This document shows positions 62,235 through 64,000 of a stretch of DNA of 64,000 nucleotides, piece by piece. This stretch comes from Takakia lepidozioides (taxonomy: Eukaryota > Plantae > Bryophyta): positions 6,882,001-6,946,000 of the forward strand of contig CM060734.1 in the NCBI GenBank assembly GCA_030704615.1. Reading direction: 5' to 3'. Position numbers and translations under genes: made by a program. The notes beneath the pieces are model-generated. The model was given only the letters and a program-made list of their open reading frames with translations. It searched no databases and was not told the DNA's origin. Each line of letters begins with the position of its first letter. The stretch's first letter is position 1.

Positions 62235-63998
62235 CTAGGGCGCAGCTGTGGCAGTCTTGACCCTCAAATCCGAGGATCCCTCTGCCACTACACCTTCCAC
62301 TAACTCCACAGAAGATGAAGTGACCTCCCCACTCTCACAGAGTGTTGCTGCTAGTCTGAACACTGCAGCTGGTCTTACCCCCGGCGTTGCAATCATGGTT
62401 GCCGAGAATAGTGGGGCTTGACACACAGAGGTGGCTGCCCCCAATAACACACTGGCTGCACTAGCCTTGGTAGCAGGTGTTAGTGATGCACGTGTAGCTC
62501 TCCCTAATGGCATAGTAACCTCCACCTCGGTAACAGTCGGGCGAGAACTAGGTGCCATGGATGGCGTCGACACTGTCTCCGCCAATGTGAATGACTGAGG
62601 AAGCCTCGCCTGACGGCTTGCCTCCCCACGCTGTGGATCCAATTCCACCTCAGCACCTCGTGGCTCAGGAACTCGTGTTGCTTCTCGAGTCACGGCTGCA
62701 GCAGACTCCACCTGCTCTAGTGGTAGTGCTGCTCCGCACATGAATCCCATGCCTCCCATATCTCCTCCCTCAGGAGCAGGAGGTGGACCATCCCGCCTTG
62801 GAGCTGGTACCACCTGAGCTATAACCATGGCAGCGAGCCTCTGCTCTACCTGCTGAAGCCGGTTGGCCATGCCTTGGTCAACACCCTGACCTCCGCGTCC
62901 TTGGCCATGTTGCGCTTGCCCTTGGCCTGCGCCTCGTGCCCGGCCACCTCGTCCTCTCTAGGCTGGTCCACCTCGCCCCCGGCCACCATTGCTCCCTTGG
63001 AACTGGCCTGGGCGCAACTCAGGGTGCAAGTCATAACACTGGGCATCTCCATGCCCATATTTGCCACAATGCCCACACTGCAATTGTGCAGGCTGTGCTT
63101 GTGCTGGCTTTCTGCCACTCTCTGGGCAATCTCTCTTGACATGGGGTCCTCCACATGTCCAACATATCACCCCTGGTTGCTGTTGGCCTGCAAAAGATGC
63201 CACGGGCCTCTACACCTGAGGTCCCCTGTAAGCTCCATGGAACTTGGGTTGGGAAACCTTGCCCCCCTGACCACGCTGTTGGGCAGTCCCTTGTGCCTGT
63301 GGGCTGGCAGCTGCGCTTTGTGCAGGCATGTCCTTGCCAAATCCAATGGTAACAACTCGCTCCTCCACCATGTTGAGCTCAATCCGCTCAGCGAGCAGAA
63401 ACACATCTGTTAATGTGGGTTGGGCTGTTTGTAACAGGGTTGCATCCCGCACTCTTCTCCTGAGCTCCTTGTCCAAAATTCCATACCAGAACTGGATTGC
63501 CTGAGCTTTAGTAACCCCTTGGGTCATACTTATCAAGCGCCTCATACGAGTGTAGGCCTCTCGCAAGCTCTCACTAGGTTTGCGCTGGAAGTCTTGCAAA
63601 CTTCGCAACTTCTCTGTCCGTACACCTTGGTAGTTCATCCGCAACTCCTGGAAGAACTCCACCACCGGGTTGAATCTAGGCACATGTGTTGTAGTCGTGG
63701 CAGGAGGAGTAGTAGCACCTTTTGAACTGGTACCACCTGCAGAAGTACCGGCACTACTTGTTCCACTACTAGTGCTGGCAGTGGGAGATATTGGTACTGA
63801 TGCAGCTACTGGTCGCATCGTGCCTCGAGTAATGGAGACGTAGTCAGGTGACCAATACATCCTCCACTCCTCAATCTCTGCTTCATGTCCTCGCCTGAAC
63901 TCGTGGTAATCGTCCATAGGCGGGCCTTCCAAATGCTGGAACAGTCCCTTCCGCGCCATGAATGGGGTGAACAGCTGTGGATTGCACATCTGCTGCAA
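62235..63998 (-). pseudogene. Gypsy gag (capsid-like region and two zinc knuckles)
   Basis: LQDFQRKPSESLREAYTRM..FWYGIL; CWTCGGPHVKRDC; CGHCGKYGHGDAQC. Same frame as the protease-MTase ORF. Confidence 0.85.
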
Positions 63999-64000
63999 AT

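Larger units (their letters stand above)
56192..64000 (-). mobile_element. Ty3/Gypsy LTR retrotransposon encoding a DNMT3-like methyltransferase and a PHD finger (5' end outside window)
   Basis: Collinear gag (63998-62235, two zinc knuckles), protease LLDSGAQP, C5-MTase, RT (RMCGDYRPVN, LDLRSGYHQ, FLPFGLKN, YIDD), RNase H, integrase (SLDFAGP, TDQGREF, DGLAER), PHD, PPT and terminal repeat. Confidence 0.95.

Overview
Repeat-dense eukaryotic nuclear DNA, most likely from a non-seed land plant (inferred from spliceosomal introns, an ASY3/PAIR3-type gene and the plant TE families present). Only one gene looks like an intact host gene: a meiotic axis core gene at ~42.8-51.5 kb, with an ASY3-type C-terminal coiled coil and an SYCP2-like N-terminus. 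The rest is nested, decayed mobile DNA. (i) A PRT6/UBR-like fragment and an intronless HECT-ligase pseudogene (0.3-5.4 kb). (ii) A Ty3/Gypsy LTR element (5.8-19.7 kb), scrambled by two overlapping inversions so its 1-kb LTRs are now inverted, and inserted into a GCM/WRKY-like zinc-finger ORF. (iii) A spliced N6-adenine/N4-cytosine-type DNA methyltransferase pseudogene. Its intron holds a 16.9-kb CACTA element (TSD TGG) carrying B3, SF1-helicase and DRM-like fragments, a ~4.4-kb fold-back palindrome and a Gypsy gag-protease fragment. (iv) A 5'-truncated Ty1/Copia element. (v) The most notable feature: a Ty3/Gypsy element (56.2 kb to window end) whose polyprotein reads gag - protease - DNMT3-like C5 cytosine methyltransferase - RT - RNase H - integrase - PHD finger, i.e. 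a retrotransposon carrying a DNA-methylation writer and a chromatin reader. All domain calls come from motif recognition by eye; no database search was run.
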